A stretch of DNA of 64,000 nucleotides from Podarcis pityusensis (taxonomy: Eukaryota): assembly GCA_964106645.2 (NCBI GenBank), contig OZ067039.1; one strand, given 5' to 3'. Below are positions 63,492 through 64,000 of the stretch, piece after piece. The notes under the pieces were generated by a model. It worked only from the letters and a program-made list of their open reading frames with translations, was not told the DNA's origin and searched no databases. The number at the start of each line of letters is the position of its first letter. Within the stretch, counting starts at the first letter, position 1. The translations under genes were made by a program, and so were the position numbers.

Positions 63492-63648
63492 TCACTCTGA
63501 TTTCTTAGGACAATCAGGAATGCTTTCAGTGAGGGGGGTGAAGCTCAACAGAACTGTGTGTCTCTCGTAGGCCTTTGATTGCTTGAACAACAGATCTGTT
63601 CCATGCAGGCGGTCCAGCACACCCAAGACACCATAGCACTGATTGAAT
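63492..63648 (-). CDS. FAXDC2: FAXDC2 (fatty acid hydroxylase domain-containing 2), last coding exon
   Basis: Minus-strand acceptor ttttcaccag, then (K)FNQCYGVLGVLDRLHGTDLLFKQSKAYERHTVLLSFTPLTESIPDCPKKSE*. Matches the recalled FAXDC2 C-terminus; FAXDC2 is the convergent neighbour of LARP1 in human. Absent from the ORF track because it is under 60 aa. Confidence 0.93.
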
Positions 63649-64000
63649 CTGGTGAAAAATAAAGGGAAATAATTACATACTTTTAATGGTGAACATACTG
63701 TAATAATGTAGGCGTTTCCCTTCCATTCAACCCTGACTTAATCATTTAAATTTTGATCCTCCATATTGTTTTGTACCATATTGTTGCTTTGAAGCTCTCT
63801 GCCATCTGAAAGCAGGATGAGGTGGGGGGCCTTGCATGTTTAAATTTTCTAGTTTTAAATAGATATGTTTGCGCAATAGTGACTTATCAGGTTTGTGAAT
63901 GTTGTATACGGAAGGTTTTTTAATTTAAAAAGCCCAAAGTTTTTTTAAACACCCCACCCCACCCTGCAAAAAACAAAACCCAACCCCATAAAACTGCTAT

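Overview
This is vertebrate genomic DNA, not prokaryotic. A Sauria-type SINE, a Squam3-like SINE and squamate-type MITEs point to a squamate, probably a lacertid lizard (inference). The window holds most of LARP1 on the + strand. Bases 1-29864 are the 3' part of a very long first intron, and exon 1 appears to lie upstream of the window. Eighteen coding exons (equivalent to human exons 2-19, 29865-55501) splice into one open frame of about 937 codons with an RG repeat, La motif, PAM2-like motif and DM15 region. A roughly 5.6 kb 3' UTR ends near AATAAA at 61058. The last coding exon of the convergent neighbour FAXDC2 is on the - strand (63492-63648). The introns carry many SINEs, LINE remnants and hAT or Tc1/mariner-type MITEs. 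Three observations stand out. (1) A 749-bp non-autonomous hAT element in intron 10, with an intact 8-bp TSD, has captured the start codon, whole first coding exon and splice donor of sepiapterin reductase (SPR), now decayed by CpG mutation: a Pack-type gene-fragment capture. (2) A recent Penelope-like insertion forms a perfect 89-bp hairpin with a 14-bp TSD and carries a minimal hammerhead ribozyme in the sense orientation of the LARP1 pre-mRNA. (3) A second MITE family swaps GC-rich cargo between shared ends. Family and orthologue names come from recalled sequences, not from database searches.
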